From Octopus sinensis (lineage: Eukaryota): a stretch of DNA of 64,000 nucleotides. Position 1 is the stretch's first letter; the number at the start of each line of letters is the position of its first letter. The position numbers and the translations under genes are program-made. The stretch spans positions 248,001 to 312,000 of the forward strand of contig NW_021832374.1 in assembly GCF_006345805.1 (NCBI RefSeq), read 5' to 3'. Below are positions 27,446-40,638 of the stretch, piece by piece. The notes below the pieces were generated by a model. The model was not told the DNA's origin. It ran no database searches and saw only the letters and a program-made list of their open reading frames with translations.

Positions 27446-29314
27446 CAGGCATTCTCAACCTTTTTTTGTTCATCGCCCCCTTAGATATTTTGTCGCCCCC
27501 TTTGAAATTTTATCGCCCCCTTGTCCACATACAATTTAAAAATTTTTGGGCATTGTCCCTTAATTGGTTGTTCTTTGTATATAACTCAAAAATCAAAATA
27601 TACAATAATAAATCAAACCTGAAAGTGGGGCGTGGCTTAATGCCCTCCCTTGCTCCCAATCTGGAACCCTTCTCGATAATGACTGTGTGAGGATTGGCGT
27701 AGCAATGCGCTTGGGACTTAATGTCTGTTCGGGGGGCCAATGCCGATGTTGGAGTAAAGTCGATACCAAAGGACTACATCCCCTGTCATGCAGAAGGAGT
27801 GCTGGCCGTGCTCCCAGACACTCCGCTATCAACGAGACTATTTCGGCTGCGTTACAAGCAGCTGGATTCCCGACAGAACTGGAACCCGTTGGGCTTGACC
27901 GTGGAGACGGTAAACGCCCAGATGGAGTCACCATTTTCCCGTGGGGTAATGGGAAATGCCTAGCGTGGGACTCCACGTGCACAGACACCTTCTCAAAGAC
28001 CAATATAGTTGACTCCGCGATCAGTCCAGGCTCAGCCGCTGAGAAGGCTGAGGTACATAAAGCTCAGAAATATTCCAACCTGCTGGACAACTTTATCTTC
28101 TCCCCAATATCTGTAGAAACCTCTGGGGCCATGAGCCAAAAATCGTTTGAACTCGTCGTTAAAATCGGGAATCTGATCTCGAGAAGACGGAGAGAGCCTC
28201 GGGAGAAACAATGGTTGTTCCAAAGAATATCCATTGGGATCCTGAGGGGCAACGTCTTCTCGATCATCAGCAGCTTAAGATTATGATAATCATTTTCGCA
28301 CGTTTAAACTGTTTTCAAATAAATCAAATGTAAAAATTGAATTTTTATTAAAAATTATTAGTGAGACCCTTGATATTGATGTTTACTCGCTAAATATTCT
28401 ATGTCGGGTTTAATTCTGCTCAACTTTAGGCGTATATCGCCTCTATAACACACTTCCAGTCTATTTTTTTCACATTGTGTATTATGATTGACAAAACTAA
28501 ATCCACTTTCAACTAAATAAGTGGTAGGGAATGCCAATAGTACATTACTCATTTCCTTCCATAAATTTGGAAATTTCATTTGTAGATCTTTTGATTGCCA
28601 AAATTTAGAGATACCATCCTGTTGAAATCTGTGAATATATTCTTCATTATATTTCAATTCAATTATCTCTTCTTGGATTGTTTCGTTCATATCTTCTGGC
28701 ACACATGAAAACGGATCAATCATCCATGCTTCAAATTCCAAATCAAACAAATCTTTGAATCTAAGAGATATATCCGCTTCTAGTTCCGTCAAATGTTGAC
28801 AATATGTCATAATATTGTTTTGACTAAAATATTTACTTATCTCAGATAGTTGTGAAATGTTTCCAAACTGATTTATAGAAAAATTATGTCGATAAAGCAA
28901 TAATTTTTTTGCAAATGTTTTCATTATTCTTTTGCAATCAATCATGTTGACAAAATTTCCTTGAAGAAGAATAGTAATTTCATTAAATTTTGTAAAAATC
29001 CAATTCAAATAGAATATATCATTTTTTCGTGAAATTATCTCTTCTGATTGGATTTCCAATAGTTCCATTTGTAAACTTTCATCTGCATTGGAAACATTAA
29101 AAGAGAATGATGATGCGAATAATGAAAATTGTTGAGAACACCTGCTCTAAATTATTAGGCTTGCCATTAAAAATATTCTAATTAAACAATTTCTAATAAA
29201 TATAAATTTTATTTTTTATTAAATATATTATCGCCCCCCTGTACAAAATTATCGCCCCCTTGTACAAAATTTTCGCCCCTAGGGGGGCGATTCGCCCCCG
29301 GTTGAGAACACCTG
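27446..29314 (-). mobile_element. Internally deleted hAT (Buster/Charlie-type) DNA transposon
   Basis: TIRs caggcattctcaacc (27446) and ggttgagaacacctg (ends 29314); tcgccccc subterminal repeats at both ends; flanking duplication (g)tatagtg. Transposase C-terminus at 28358-29068 with LAFPTTYLVESGFS and a terminal QGSH. Confidence 0.85.
27618..28317 (+). mobile_element. 5'-truncated CRE-like retrotransposon (REL domain) nested in the hAT element
   Basis: ESGAWLNALP, CRC...HPLSC knuckle, RH, KRPDG, WDST and ETSG motifs; 11-bp TSD aataaatcaaa at 27607-27617 and 28318-28328. Confidence 0.85.
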
Positions 29315-29490
29315 TATAGTGAGTGAAAATAGAAAAAATTATAATAAGGCTAATCAAAGCAAAAATAAAACAAATTTGGAATGAAGGATTTATAACCAAC
29401 TAAAGCTTTTTAAGGAAAAAACAAAAACTTTTCTGAATAAATGCCAAATTGAAAAAATATTAGTCCATTAGTAACAATTAACGAAGTTAA

Positions 29491-30320
29491 TTACTCGTCT
29501 TTCTCCCTACGAAATAACTCAAAAAACCGAAACCTTTTTTGTAGGAGAACCGTGACGACCGTTTTGAAGAGACGAATAAAGTCGAGGAACAACTCAAGCG
29601 AATGCCAAATGTAATCCTTATCTCCAAATCGAACTCGTTTATAAATAATGACTTGAGTATCAAAAATGACAAACAGAGAATCAATCACAAGAATGAGATA
29701 CAAATGCATCTAAAAACAAACAATAAACACAACCTTGTTAAGAACAACACTACGGTTGAATAACTGCATCACAAAAAGCCCGAGGGAAACCAAAGAAAGT
29801 GAAGCCAAAGGACCTGAAAATAACACAAAATCAAAAAACCAATAATGTTGTTGTAGAGAACAGAGTCACTCATTATAGTCGCCAGAGTGAAGCAAGTAAA
29901 TACAACGGCGGTTATCAAAAACCCAGTGATAAGAACACTTTGGTCAATCGCATAGACTCGCATGACCCACGGAGTGATCGACACGCCCATGGAGAAGGCA
30001 GCACCCAAAAATACAGACAGGCGTCTTCCTTCAGTAGCCTTATCGAATGTTGTGAATGCCAAGTAGAGAGAACTGAATAGGAAGACCAAAGAGCCAGTGA
30101 AATATGACTAAGGTTGAATAGCTTTTGTTAACCATAATGTAGTCCCCACTGTATACTCCTGCTGCACATACATAGAGAGCAGCAGCGAGTGATGTGTAGA
30201 CCTTACGAAGATGCTTTGAAGTGCTTTGATCGCTATTTATTAATATTTTAATAATTGTAGTTACATGTTTCGAAAAGAGAGATTATTCAAAATATCAGAA
30301 TAATTCCACGCAGAATTCAT
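29491..30320 (-). CDS. TMBIM6: Bax inhibitor-1
   Basis: MNSAW...SKHLRKVYTSLAAALYVCAAGVY ~ human [29 protein letters not shown] and GDKDYIWHSLELFLDFIRLF C-terminal signature; short introns. Confidence 0.9.
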
Positions 30321-30421
30321 GCCAACAGGAAAGTAAATACGTATTAATTTTATTAATAAATAGATTTACAAAAATAAAAAATAATATTTATTTTTTTATA
30401 AATATTAAAAAAATTATTTGA

Positions 30422-33400
30422 TTTTTTTTTTTTTTTTTGAAGCCTTAATGTTTTTTACAAATGAAAAGAAAATGGAACAAGAAGTCAGCTACTAGCCGCA
30501 GAGAGAAGAGAAACTGTTCCCCCTGAGTACGGCTATTGAGACGCGCTCAAAAAGCCGATTGACCTCACGGGGGTCGTTTCTAATCCTCCCGAGGTGACGG
30601 CCTCTCTCGGTGAGAAAACGTAGCGTGGCTGGGCCGAATGTGCCTGATGTTTCGACTGAAACAGGCACAAAGAGGAATCTGTCGGCGAGCGAGGCGTACT
30701 TGTCTTTCTTCCGGGTCTCTGCCCTCCTCGCCGCTGTGCCAGCTTCGATCGCGGACGCGAGAAGGCATGTTGACGCAAAAGTGTCAGAGCATGTCGCGTC
30801 CCAGACGATCGCTTTGCCGCACTTGAACGGGAAGAGCGAGACGCCGTCCGGCCTCTTGCCATCGCCCCTGTTAAGGCCAGAGGGCTCCAGCTGGCACGGG
30901 ATGCCGGTTGCCTCGAGCAGACGCTTTATTATGGAATTAAGCTGTCCGTGCCTGGGGAACCTCCCAGGGCATTTGCGGCAGGAGAGCGGGTGTAGACCTT
31001 TGCGGTCTATATGAGCCCCGCAACGGCATTGGTGAGGCTGGCAAATGTCCAAGCCGAGTCGGAGAGATATTCCGATTCTTAAACAGTCTGGGTCCAGGAA
31101 GGTTCCAGCTGCGGGGGAAGGATAGGCGTTGATCCAGGCGCCAGTCCGTGGAGATGCTCCAGACACAGACAAGCACGCCGGTGTTGGTCTCCGTGAGACA
31201 GTAAGTACCGGAAAGACTGAGAGCTGCTGATCTCCGTCCATTCGCGCATAAGGCATAGGTCAACGGGAGTTTTTAGTCCGCAATCTGTCCACAACGATGT
31301 GCCGTATGAAAGCTCTGAGTCCGTGAGCGATCCAGAGGGAGGAGGAAGGATCTGGACTACGAGAGGCATGCATCGGTGAGAGGAGGAAAGAAAGCATGGC
31401 AAGGAGAGGACCGAGGGGGCTTGGAATCCGAGACCCCCGTGCCTGATAGGCAGGATAGCCTGTTTCCAGCCCATTTCGTCAAAATGTACGTTTGAGATTT
31501 GAACGAGAGTATTCCTGAGCAGCGAATCGAATTCTCCGACTGCATCCGGGAATCGGAAACAGGGAGAAGTGCGAAGTGCGTACTCCAAACGAGGAAAGGC
31601 AAGAAAGTTCTTCAGTAGGAAGAAAGCCACATGGGCGTCGATGGATTTAAGAGTGTCGAATGATTTTTCCATATTAAGAAGTTTAGCGCGGAGGAAAGAT
31701 GGGATTCCGGACGAGAATAGAGGCGTACCGAGAAGAGTAAGTTCTTCGGGCAGAACGGTGCGTATGGCTGGGAGATGATGGTCGAACAGGGGCTGGATTT
31801 CCAGAGTAAAGAGTGCATGGTCGTATCCAATATTGAAAATCTCTGATTTTTGTGGGTTCACGGTAAGGCCTATAGAAGCCAGTATCGGAGCCACATTGTT
31901 CAGGTCATTTACAACACTATCGGCCGGGCCTCCAATGGAGGCGTCGTCGAGGTACCAGACGTTGAGCTCAGAAGTGCACGAGCGGACCGCTTCATCGATG
32001 GCCAGCGAAAAAAGGAGAGGGCCGAGAGGATCGCCCTGTTGTACACCGGTGGCGGAAATAATGGTAGAAGAGCCGGAGATAAGAAGAGTAGGAGAGCCGT
32101 AGCTTTGGTGCACGAACCGATAAATGGATGGGCAACGAAGAAAGCAAGATTCCAGCACAGAGTCGCGGCGGACACTGTTAAATGCGTTGGTAATGTCTAG
32201 TTTGACTAGAATTCGGGGATGTAAACTCTCGGTCACAAAGCGTCTGGCGGCATGCACCGCTGCCTCGCAGCCTGAGGGAACCCCAACTCCTAGCTGTAAC
32301 GGGAGGAAAGCTTTTGCAAGTTCCGGGGAGACCGACCAGCAGGCGAGCTTTGAAGCCAGACGTCGGAAAATGTTCCCGACGGCGATAGGACGAACTCCGC
32401 CGTCTTTTTTGGAAAAAGGAAGCAGATGGGCGGAGAAAATGAGTCCACGAGCGAATGCGGACAGGTTTGAAGATAAAAGGTTGTTGACAAGTTCCGTGAT
32501 CGAGGTTAGGAGCAGCGAGCCTGTTGGGCCGATCAAGGGAGAGATGAGGTTGCGAAGGTGACTGGGGCGGAGCCCCTCAATGCCTGCACTGCTGCTAGGT
32601 GAAAAAGATTTGAGAGCGCGGCAGATCGCATCGTTGGTGAGTTTCGGGGGGGAGGGCGTGGAATCGACGGATGGAAAAGGCCTGAGGTCTACAGGGGCTG
32701 GGGGGTGTTTGCACTTCAAAGTGTTGATAACGTTTTTGGTCGATGGGAGTACTCCGCCATTGGAAGCCAGAACTCTCATAGCAGCTCTGGTGTCGCCCTC
32801 GATCAATTTGGACAAGATACGAGGCCCAAGAGAGGAGGTGTCAAAGCCTGAAGTACCGGCGTTTGTACTATCGTCGGGATTGAAGCGCTTTGCGGCTTCG
32901 ACATGGCTGGCAAGGATCGAGCTTAGAAACTCGTCCTTAGCTGATTGTTCCATAAAGTCCGAGATGTTGTTTTTGACGGATGTGGCGAGAGAGCGATCTG
33001 ATTTCTCGTGGTCGTAACTGAGACCTAGTGCAAGAAGGGGAAATAGGAAGATTCTGACCCAAGCGGATTTGGATGAAGAGAGAAGGATGTCATTTATTAG
33101 AGAGGCCAAAGATTCGGATGCCAGCGGCCGGGCGGCCTTAGGGATTTTTCCGAGCACAAAGCGGCTGCGGCGGAGCGAGGAAATTGCGAGGAGGACATCT
33201 TCTGCGGAGAATTCGTCCAGGCAAATAGCGTCCGCGGGGGGTTTCCGGGTGGGGATTTTTGGATTTCTGCGAGGCTGAGGTAGGCAATAGGGGCATAGCC
33301 AGCATTTTAGTGCCATAGCCTCGCGTTTACGGATATTTAGGCAATACAGGTGGAAATACTCATCGCAAGAGGAGCAGCGAAGTGCGTTCTTTCTGGGGGC

Positions 33401-33718
33401 TGAAGACAGGCAATGCCTGCAAAGTGTAGGTTCACGAAGGAAACAACTGGGTGGTTGTGAAGTTTTGGGTGTCATGGATATAAAAAAAAAAAAAAAAACA
33501 GAATGAGTGAAAAGAAATGCAATTAAAAAAGGAAAAGAGTAAGAGAGGATAGGAAAGATAGAAATGGGGCTAAGAGTGAGAGTAAGAGGTAATAAAGAGA
33601 TGGAAAGATGAGAAAAAGTGAACAAAGATACGAAGGATGAATACAATAGAAAAAAGGAAATTACAATGAAACAGAATTACAATGAAAAAGACAAAGACAC
33701 CACAACGACAGGCGCGTG
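30422..33718 (-). mobile_element. Full-length CRE-clade-like non-LTR retrotransposon (PHD-RT-REL)
   Basis: T17 run at 30422-30438 (poly(A) tail in element sense); TSD aaaaaattatttga(tt) at 30408-30421/3 and 33719-33732/4; about 240-nt pyrimidine-rich 5' UTR; GC content far above the flanks. Confidence 0.92.
30492..33475 (-). CDS. Retrotransposon ORF of about 994 aa: PHD finger, reverse transcriptase, CCHC knuckle and PD-(D/E)xK restriction-like endonuclease; one frameshift near 31178
   Basis: CRHC..CSSCDEYFHLYC..WLCPYC (C4HC3); RPIAVG, KLDITNAFNSV, GVQQGDPLGPLLF, WYLDD; CRC..HPLSC, RH, KRPDG, WDATC, ETSG. Adding one G to the GG at 31178-31179 joins ORFs 31079-33646 and 30492-31256. Confidence 0.9.
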
Positions 33719-33829
33719 AAAAAATTATTTGATTATTTATGCTCACAAAGTCTGAAAAGCTGTCTCTACGAATTCTTAAATGATAATTACAAATTCTTAA
33801 AAACAAACTTAAAAAACACTATAATATTT

Positions 33830-34990
33830 GTTGAGCAACAAGTCCGGGTTGTGGTCGGGTTACTCAGACAACGCGGTCGAGGTCAGTCACAAGTATCGCC
33901 TTCTGAAAGTCCGGATTGAATGTTCGATGACTTTCCTATTGTCGGGAAATTATCCTCTTACAGCTGGGAACAGGATCATGTGGCTCTATTTAATAGGCTA
34001 CCTTTAGCGCCGTATTTTTTCACATTTCAGCTGGATTTTCTGGTTTTCTTTGAGTAGTAATACGCCCTCATTCTATACTGTAGAAGACATATAGAAAGAT
34101 ATTTATCTCCAGATGCATACTCCTCGAAGGGTCTTTCTACTTTTCTGCTTTATATGCAGAGAGTAGTCCGACTTAGCGTCAGTTGTCAGCTCAAAATAGC
34201 GTACATTATTCGGGCAAGGAATCCCTACAGGAACCCGAGCCCCTGGAAGACTTGCCAAGTATTCGGGTAAGTCTTTGGAACCTTTTTTAAACGCATTCAT
34301 CTGCTGTTTTTATGTCCCGGTGCATTGTCTCTGCCCGGACAGATAGTTCGGGTCACCTCTGTCACAGTGATAGGATGGTGGTTCGTTGGCAAAGTACGGG
34401 TTGGTGCCTCTGACTTGTCGGCGTAGAGCTGTCCCATTTTATGTTAAGAGAACAGAGGAAGGTCAGACGAGTGGAATTCTCTAAGCTTGGACTTGCTGAC
34501 GACGCTAATGTCCGGATGGCCGCTATTTACCAGTACCGTCTCTGTTTCGTCCAGACCAAACCAGCCCGCTTAGCTTTTATCCAGAAACTTAGGAGAGAGA
34601 TAACCTCGGCTCTTGAGTCAAGCATCAGCTATCCGATTTGAATGTTGATCTCATTTTGCGTATATCTCGAACTTAGAGTTCTATTCAAGTATCTTGTGTA
34701 AATGCAGTTCAAGATCTTAGCTAATAATCTAGGGAAGGATTTTCTTAGGATTAAAACCGGGGCCTTCCTGGGAACTGAGGAAAGTTTATGGTCACCGTAG
34801 CCGAAAATGTGTGTTGCCAAAAGCTCCGCTGAGAACGCATTAGCATCCTCGCCACATCTGAACTCCAGCGTGAAAGACCCGGACTTTGCAAAGTTGGGCT
34901 TTCAAAGCGTATCTTGAATCTCTTGATCTTTCCGAATGCTGGGTTGTCAACCGTGAGAGAATAGGAATATCCTCTTGAGGACATTTCTGA
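33830..34990 (-). mobile_element. Degenerate Ty3/gypsy pol remnant
   Basis: Protease-like LDSRAEV and RNase H-like AFKK....IP....FELTTDA motifs in gypsy order, with many stops. Confidence 0.5.
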
Positions 34991-35699
34991 TTTTTCTATA
35001 ATGTTGTCGCGACATGCCGAAATATGCCGTGTTTATTACTAATTAAAGATACGATTGAAAATAATATTGAAATTGATGAATCAGTTAAATTTTATATATA
35101 AATGAATTTTGTTTTTTAACAAAAAAATAAAACTATAAACTTGCGATTAATCGTTTGACGTCTGTAAAAGAGTTAATAATTCAAAATATTTTTTTCCCTC
35201 AAATGAATGTTGGAACACTAATTTATTCGTTTACAATTTCCTAAAATTAACAACTTTAAATCAGCAAATCATTTTATGGCGAATAACTAGGGATGGCAGT
35301 TGACTTGTCAGAAGAGTCATCTTCATCATAAAATACGAAAAGGAAACATTAAAGACATCAAGGGTCAACATTATCAACATTGTAGTATTTTCAGAGCCAA
35401 TTCTTAGCAATTAGATTTAAATAACATAATTCAATAAAGAAGTGAAATTATGCTGAAGGTTTTTTTAAAAGTATAATAGTTTTGCCAACCCTTACTGTGT
35501 GGCACGAGTGCGTCAGATAAGCTAATGTTTGTTTCTTATAGACAATCTAAGTTTTCTAATTTCATAATTTTGTGTAGTCACTTTAATATTTCCATTCCAA
35601 AAATACTTTTGAGAGACAAGAACTGGCTACTTCTAAAACAAATGTTTTCTCAATTTTTTATTAATTAACTTTCTTCATATAAATTTATGTAACAACCCA

Positions 35700-35830
35700 A
35701 TCAGGAAATCGGATCTCGGATGTCGACGCTCACAGGCGACTCCCGCGAATCGAGATGGTTTTTTGAGCGGATATCCCTCGCGATAGTACGCTCGAACTTT
35801 TTCGATCGCGTCCACCTCTCGCCCAGTAAT
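35700..35830 (+). mobile_element. Short 3' fragment of a CRE-like element, same subfamily as 63199-63773
   Basis: acaggcgactcccgcgaatcgagatggttttttgagcggatatccctcgcgatagtacgctc is nearly identical to the reverse complement of about 63295-63360. Confidence 0.85.
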
Positions 35831-35929
35831 GAATCAGCCTTTTTAATTCATTAAATTAAATTAAAAAAATCTTAATCTTTTTTTGTTAATAACTGTATTC
35901 AAACCAATTTTAAAAAGAATTTGTCCAAA

Positions 35930-36927
35930 TTAATCATCATTTTTAATAAAAACTTTCGGACGCGAAAATATTTTGATAGCTTCACTGAGTTCAGATAGTT
36001 TTGTGTTGAGAGACGATCTTTCATTTCTTACTCTCAAAGTGTCTACGGTAATTGGAAGTTTTGATAACTTTTCTGTAGTTAAGGTTTCGGCTAAAATATG
36101 TTTAATCAAATTTATAAAGTAACCTTCTCTAAGTAATTTTAGGGTTTTTTGTCTTTCATCTTCAGGCATAAGACGATGGTTTTTTGGCATTCGTGGGTCC
36201 GGCATCTCCGCTAACCGACGTTCATCTTGAATTTTTTTTTCTTGTTTCATTTTGATAAGACTTGAAATATTTAGAATGTTTTTAACTATTCAGGAACTGA
36301 TCCTCTTTTAATAGTTTTTAAATCATTATTTTGCTTATTCATTGAACAAGTATCGAGGCTGCCCATTTTTGTGGACGCGGAGCAAATCGATTTGTTGGAT
36401 CTTGCTGATATCATTTCCCGATTCATTTTTATAAAATTACAATCTCTTCTTTGTAAGCGTATCTTTATATAAATTTGCATTTTATACTTGTGATGCTATC
36501 TCGCTTGCCTTTGGAATACTTAATTTCTCAGGATTGATCATTGAAAAGTCCATATTTGTATTTGGAGTTGGAATAAATCCAGTACGTGAATGTGCAGTTA
36601 AATATTTTTTTGGATTATTTTCTCCACTGTTTCTGTTTGATTGAAGTGACTGACCAACCTGGAATATGTATAATTGAATGTTTTTTTACTTTGGATTGTA
36701 TATTTTTAAATTGTGTCATTTTCCATAAAGGTTTTTCCACCAAACTGGCGTTATGTTTATTTGTTTCTTCTTTGATTGATGCCTGAACTTTTCTAATATG
36801 TCTAATATTTGATTTTAAAAAATTGTTTGGAGGTGTTGTGAGAGCTGAAATAATAAATGTTTTATTTATTAATACAATAAACTCTTCTTCCTTCTGGATT
36901 GACTCTTATTCCGGATATTTCAAACAT
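35930..36927 (-). CDS. ENKD1: Enkurin domain-containing protein 1
   Basis: PDPRMPKNHRLMPEDERQKTL and LSEAIKIFSRPKVFIKNDD* match ENKD1 PDPAMPPGHTRMPENQRLETL and VEEAIKIFSRPKVFVKMDD. Probable ATG at 36927. Confidence 0.85.
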
Positions 36928-37469
36928 ACGAAAGTTTGTCGCTTAGCAATTATCCTAAATTAATTTATTCAACATTAAAATTAAATAATTACACTTTGAA
37001 CTTATAAATAAAAGAGATTTAAAAAAATTCCAAATTTCATTTATTTTAATGTCACCGTTCAATAAGGGTACCACGCCAGTGGTAAAACTTAATTGATTCG
37101 AAAACAATCGCACGAAAAAAATAAAATAATTTTTGGATAATTGGCCCGATTTATGCGGTGTTAAAATACGAAACCGATATGAACATGTTCTCATTAAAAT
37201 GTTTATTTCTCTTAGAAAACTTTAAACAATTGCTCTAATCCGGTTTGTACATTCACTCTTCAAAAATTACAAAATTGTAACCTTTCGACGGAAAAAGTTA
37301 TTTTTTCTTTGCTAAAAATAATTTACCAAAGTTTTATAGCCAAATCTTTAGATAAATTAGGACACTAGTGTGACAAATGGGCCATCTATAAAAAAATATT
37401 TTGAGATGGTTTTTATTATTCCAAAGATTTGAACGGGAAAACAATTAAAATTCGTCAGTGGCAGCACTG

Positions 37470-38730
37470 CAAATAGCAAATAAGTTACCTCACAAGATTG
37501 ATATAAATATTTTCTGGTACAGACAGCTGGTTTTCCGGTGGTCAAAGGTTTTCTTTCTCATCAGTTTCTCAATTATAGACAGAATCCTCTCCCAAGTCGG
37601 CCCAATCACACCACTCCACGGCAATTGGGACGAAGTTGTATATGTCAAGAAGGAACGCGTACTTTCTTCGTTTGGTTTCCTTTGCTCAGTGAGACGTAAA
37701 GCCAGTATACAACGCAGACTGAATAACGATCCCTGGAGCAAAAGTTTCCGCACATGTTACGTCACACCGAGACATTTCCCTTCGCTGATTGGGAAGACCG
37801 GATAAAGACCAGTGGGCTCCAGAGCCTGCGGCATTACAAGCCCGTTTGACGATGTTGTTCAAACTAACATGTCTTTGGGTATGTCCAACGCTTAACCGGC
37901 AGGAAGAGGGTGGAGACTATCAGAGTCTATGAACTGCCCGCACTTGCACGGATGGGGATGGCAAAGAGGGATTTCGAGTCGTAGAAAGGTAACGAGTCGA
38001 ACTGACACATCATCTAAGAGTAAACCAGTTGAGGATAGCGGGACGGAATTTAACCAGTCTCCTAGGTGTGGTTGTGCAGCTGCATACATTAAGATGAGTT
38101 TGATTTGATCGGCCCTTGTTTTCAGGCATTTCACAATCTCTCTAGGGCGAATGGAATCCCAACTTCTCTTCAAATGATTCAGACTCGGAGATGACAAGAC
38201 CAGATGCAGTTCAACTTGAGGACAGAAAAGAATTCAGTAAGTTCGAAATGTTCAAAATAGGGAAAAAGAACAGAATTGACAAAATTTTTCGATGCCAAGA
38301 GTGAAAATAGGTAGAGAGATGTTCATAAACAAGCGGATACAAATATCACCAAATTGTAGAGGTAACATTGCACGAGTGAGTTGGTCTCCGAAAAAGTCTA
38401 CATTGAGTAATTCCTCGACTGATTTCCTAATAATAAAATCCAGGTCAAACAAAAGATCGGATTCTTCGCGGGGATGAACGAGTAGGTAGGTGAGACGAAG
38501 GATACAAAAATATTTTTTAATGAGAAATAGCCCCACATGTGCACCAAGTTGAAAGATTCGTTCCAGGGTTAGAACTAACTCACGCTTCTTGGATATCCTT
38601 TGCAAATAGATTTGCAAACTAAAGACATGCAGATTGACCTGAGATCGGCAACCTTCTCAGAAAGGGATGCGAAAGCCTGATCAAATGGAAATGTTCTCTG
38701 ATATTACCAATACTTTTCAAAAACAAACTC
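37470..38730 (-). mobile_element. Degenerate CRE-like retrotransposon (RT C-terminus to REL)
   Basis: HVGLFLIKKYFCILRLTYLL, AMLPLQFG and HLGDWLNSVP..GLLLDD..RL..LCHPHPCKCG..LHPL are homologous to the full-length element; frameshifted. Confidence 0.75.
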
Positions 38731-39738
38731 TCAAATCTATATTTAAATTTGAATGATTTTTTGAATGTTGCGAATTGTTATCGTCAAATGGTTTCTGTCG
38801 TTAAGCTCAGTCGATTCATGGAATTTTGACATACTTGATGATCGGGTTATTTATTTTGTTGAGTAGTAGTGTTTCGCCTGTTATGATATTCCACTTTTTG
38901 ATGAATTCGAAAACTTTAGGAAACATTAAAATGGATCCTTTGACATGGATCTTTGTTGTAGTTATTTCAGCTGTATTTAATAGGGGGTTACTTGAAAATA
39001 TTTATTAAAAACTGTTCCAGAAATGTCCTTTAATGACATTTATCTTATTTAAAAAGAACGTCAATAGTATTGCATCAAAGTTGTATGTAAAGAAGAACTG
39101 ATAAATTTAAATATTTTATCTTATTTATTCCTGATATCAGTTTTATTTATGTCAAATAAATTTAAGCATACTTATTTTCATTAGGTCAATCAATAAATCA
39201 ATAAGTTTTTATATCAATTAACTCAAAATAAAAATATCACGGATATTAATTAGAAAGTAGAAGATTGATTTGAAATTATTCCGAAAGATTGCAAATAAAT
39301 CCTTTGGAGTAATCCGCTGATATCGTTGTGAACATAACTCTTGTTGAAAATCCATTTTCGATCTTAAAAAAGTGCACATGCACACTAGCAGATGACACCA
39401 CCAATTTTAAAGATAATTTTTAATGCAATTCTCGCAAAATCAATAGGTTAATTAAAATTCCACTTTTGCCATGCGACTCAAAATACGCCTTGTTAGTCCT
39501 TTCCAGCCTCCCCTCTTTCGTGCCAGATCACTGAGATCGTCCAGATTATCTACCGATTTCAGTCTTGTTCTAATCGACTTCAGTTTGTGGTCAAGATGTT
39601 ATTTTTGTCACCCCCAATATGTCGTTTTGTTTGGTAAGTCTTAAAAATAAAGGAAACAAAGCATATTTTTTTACGAAACAATTTTTGATATAAAAAATAT
39701 TTAAATTTATATTTAGAACAAATAGTTAAATTCACATC

Positions 39739-40530
39739 ATGTTACGTCTGTCTGACAATTTTCCAAATTTTCAACTCAAGACTACAATGGGTAATTTTGA
39801 TCTTGCCAGTTTTATTGGATCAAAGTAACATCCCTTATATATATAAATTCAGTTGGTGTTTATTTTTCTCACATCCACGTGATTTCACTCCCGTCTGCAC
39901 AACCGAAATGGCTGAACTAGCAAAAAGATCAGTCGACTTTGACCAGAGAAATGTGAAACTAATTGGCCTGTCCTGTGATTCTGTGGAAAGCCACAAAGAA
40001 TGGATTAAAGTAAAGTCAAATAACACAACAACTAATTAGGACATTCTCGCACATGGAAATATGCCAACTGACAATTTGCCATTTCCTATAATAGACGATT
40101 CCGAAAGAAAAATTGTCACCGAATTGGGGATGCTGGACCCTCGGGAAATTGGGCCGGATAGTAACCCCCTTCCAGCACGTGCGGTATTTTAATTGGTTAT
40201 TTGTAGGTTTATTTGATTGATAGAAACATGAAAATGAGACTAAGTATTCTCTACCCGGCTACTACTGGAAGGAATGTTAGGTTTTGTGGTTTTGTTATTT
40301 TAGCGAGCTGTTACGAGTGATTGACTCTGTCATTATGACTGATGTCAATTCCTTAGCCACCCCAGTCAACTGGAAGGTTGATATTTCTGGTAGTCTATTT
40401 GTAGCAAGGTGAAGACTGTATTATTGTCCCTTCTCTAAGCGATCAGGAAGCCAGGAACCGCTTTACTGATATTCGAACTGAGGTTCTTCCATCCGGAAAG
40501 CAGTACTTGCGGTATACTACTGGGAAATAA
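39739..40530 (+). CDS. PRDX6: 1-Cys peroxiredoxin (peroxiredoxin-6)
   Basis: [14 protein letters not shown] active site, [17 protein letters not shown] and [10 protein letters not shown]; five GT-AG introns of 28, 30, 23, 23 and 28 nt. Confidence 0.95.
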
Positions 40531-40638
40531 TTGACATTCTTTTTCGTTTAATGGCCTTGTTTTGACTAATACTGTTATTTTTTGTTTTTTATTGGTTAAT
40601 TGAATAATTTATTAAAATAATAAAATTTGAGTGTTGTG

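Noticed and set aside
30533-33278. Numerous overlapping plus-strand and alternate-frame ORFs
   Set aside because: These are shadow ORFs of the GC-rich retrotransposon ORF, with no motifs.
33476-33646. Hydrophobic N-terminal extension (apparent transmembrane segment) of the 855-aa ORF
   Set aside because: It is an artefact of a non-ATG start reading through the T/C-rich 5' UTR and a T-run; the first ATG is at 33475.
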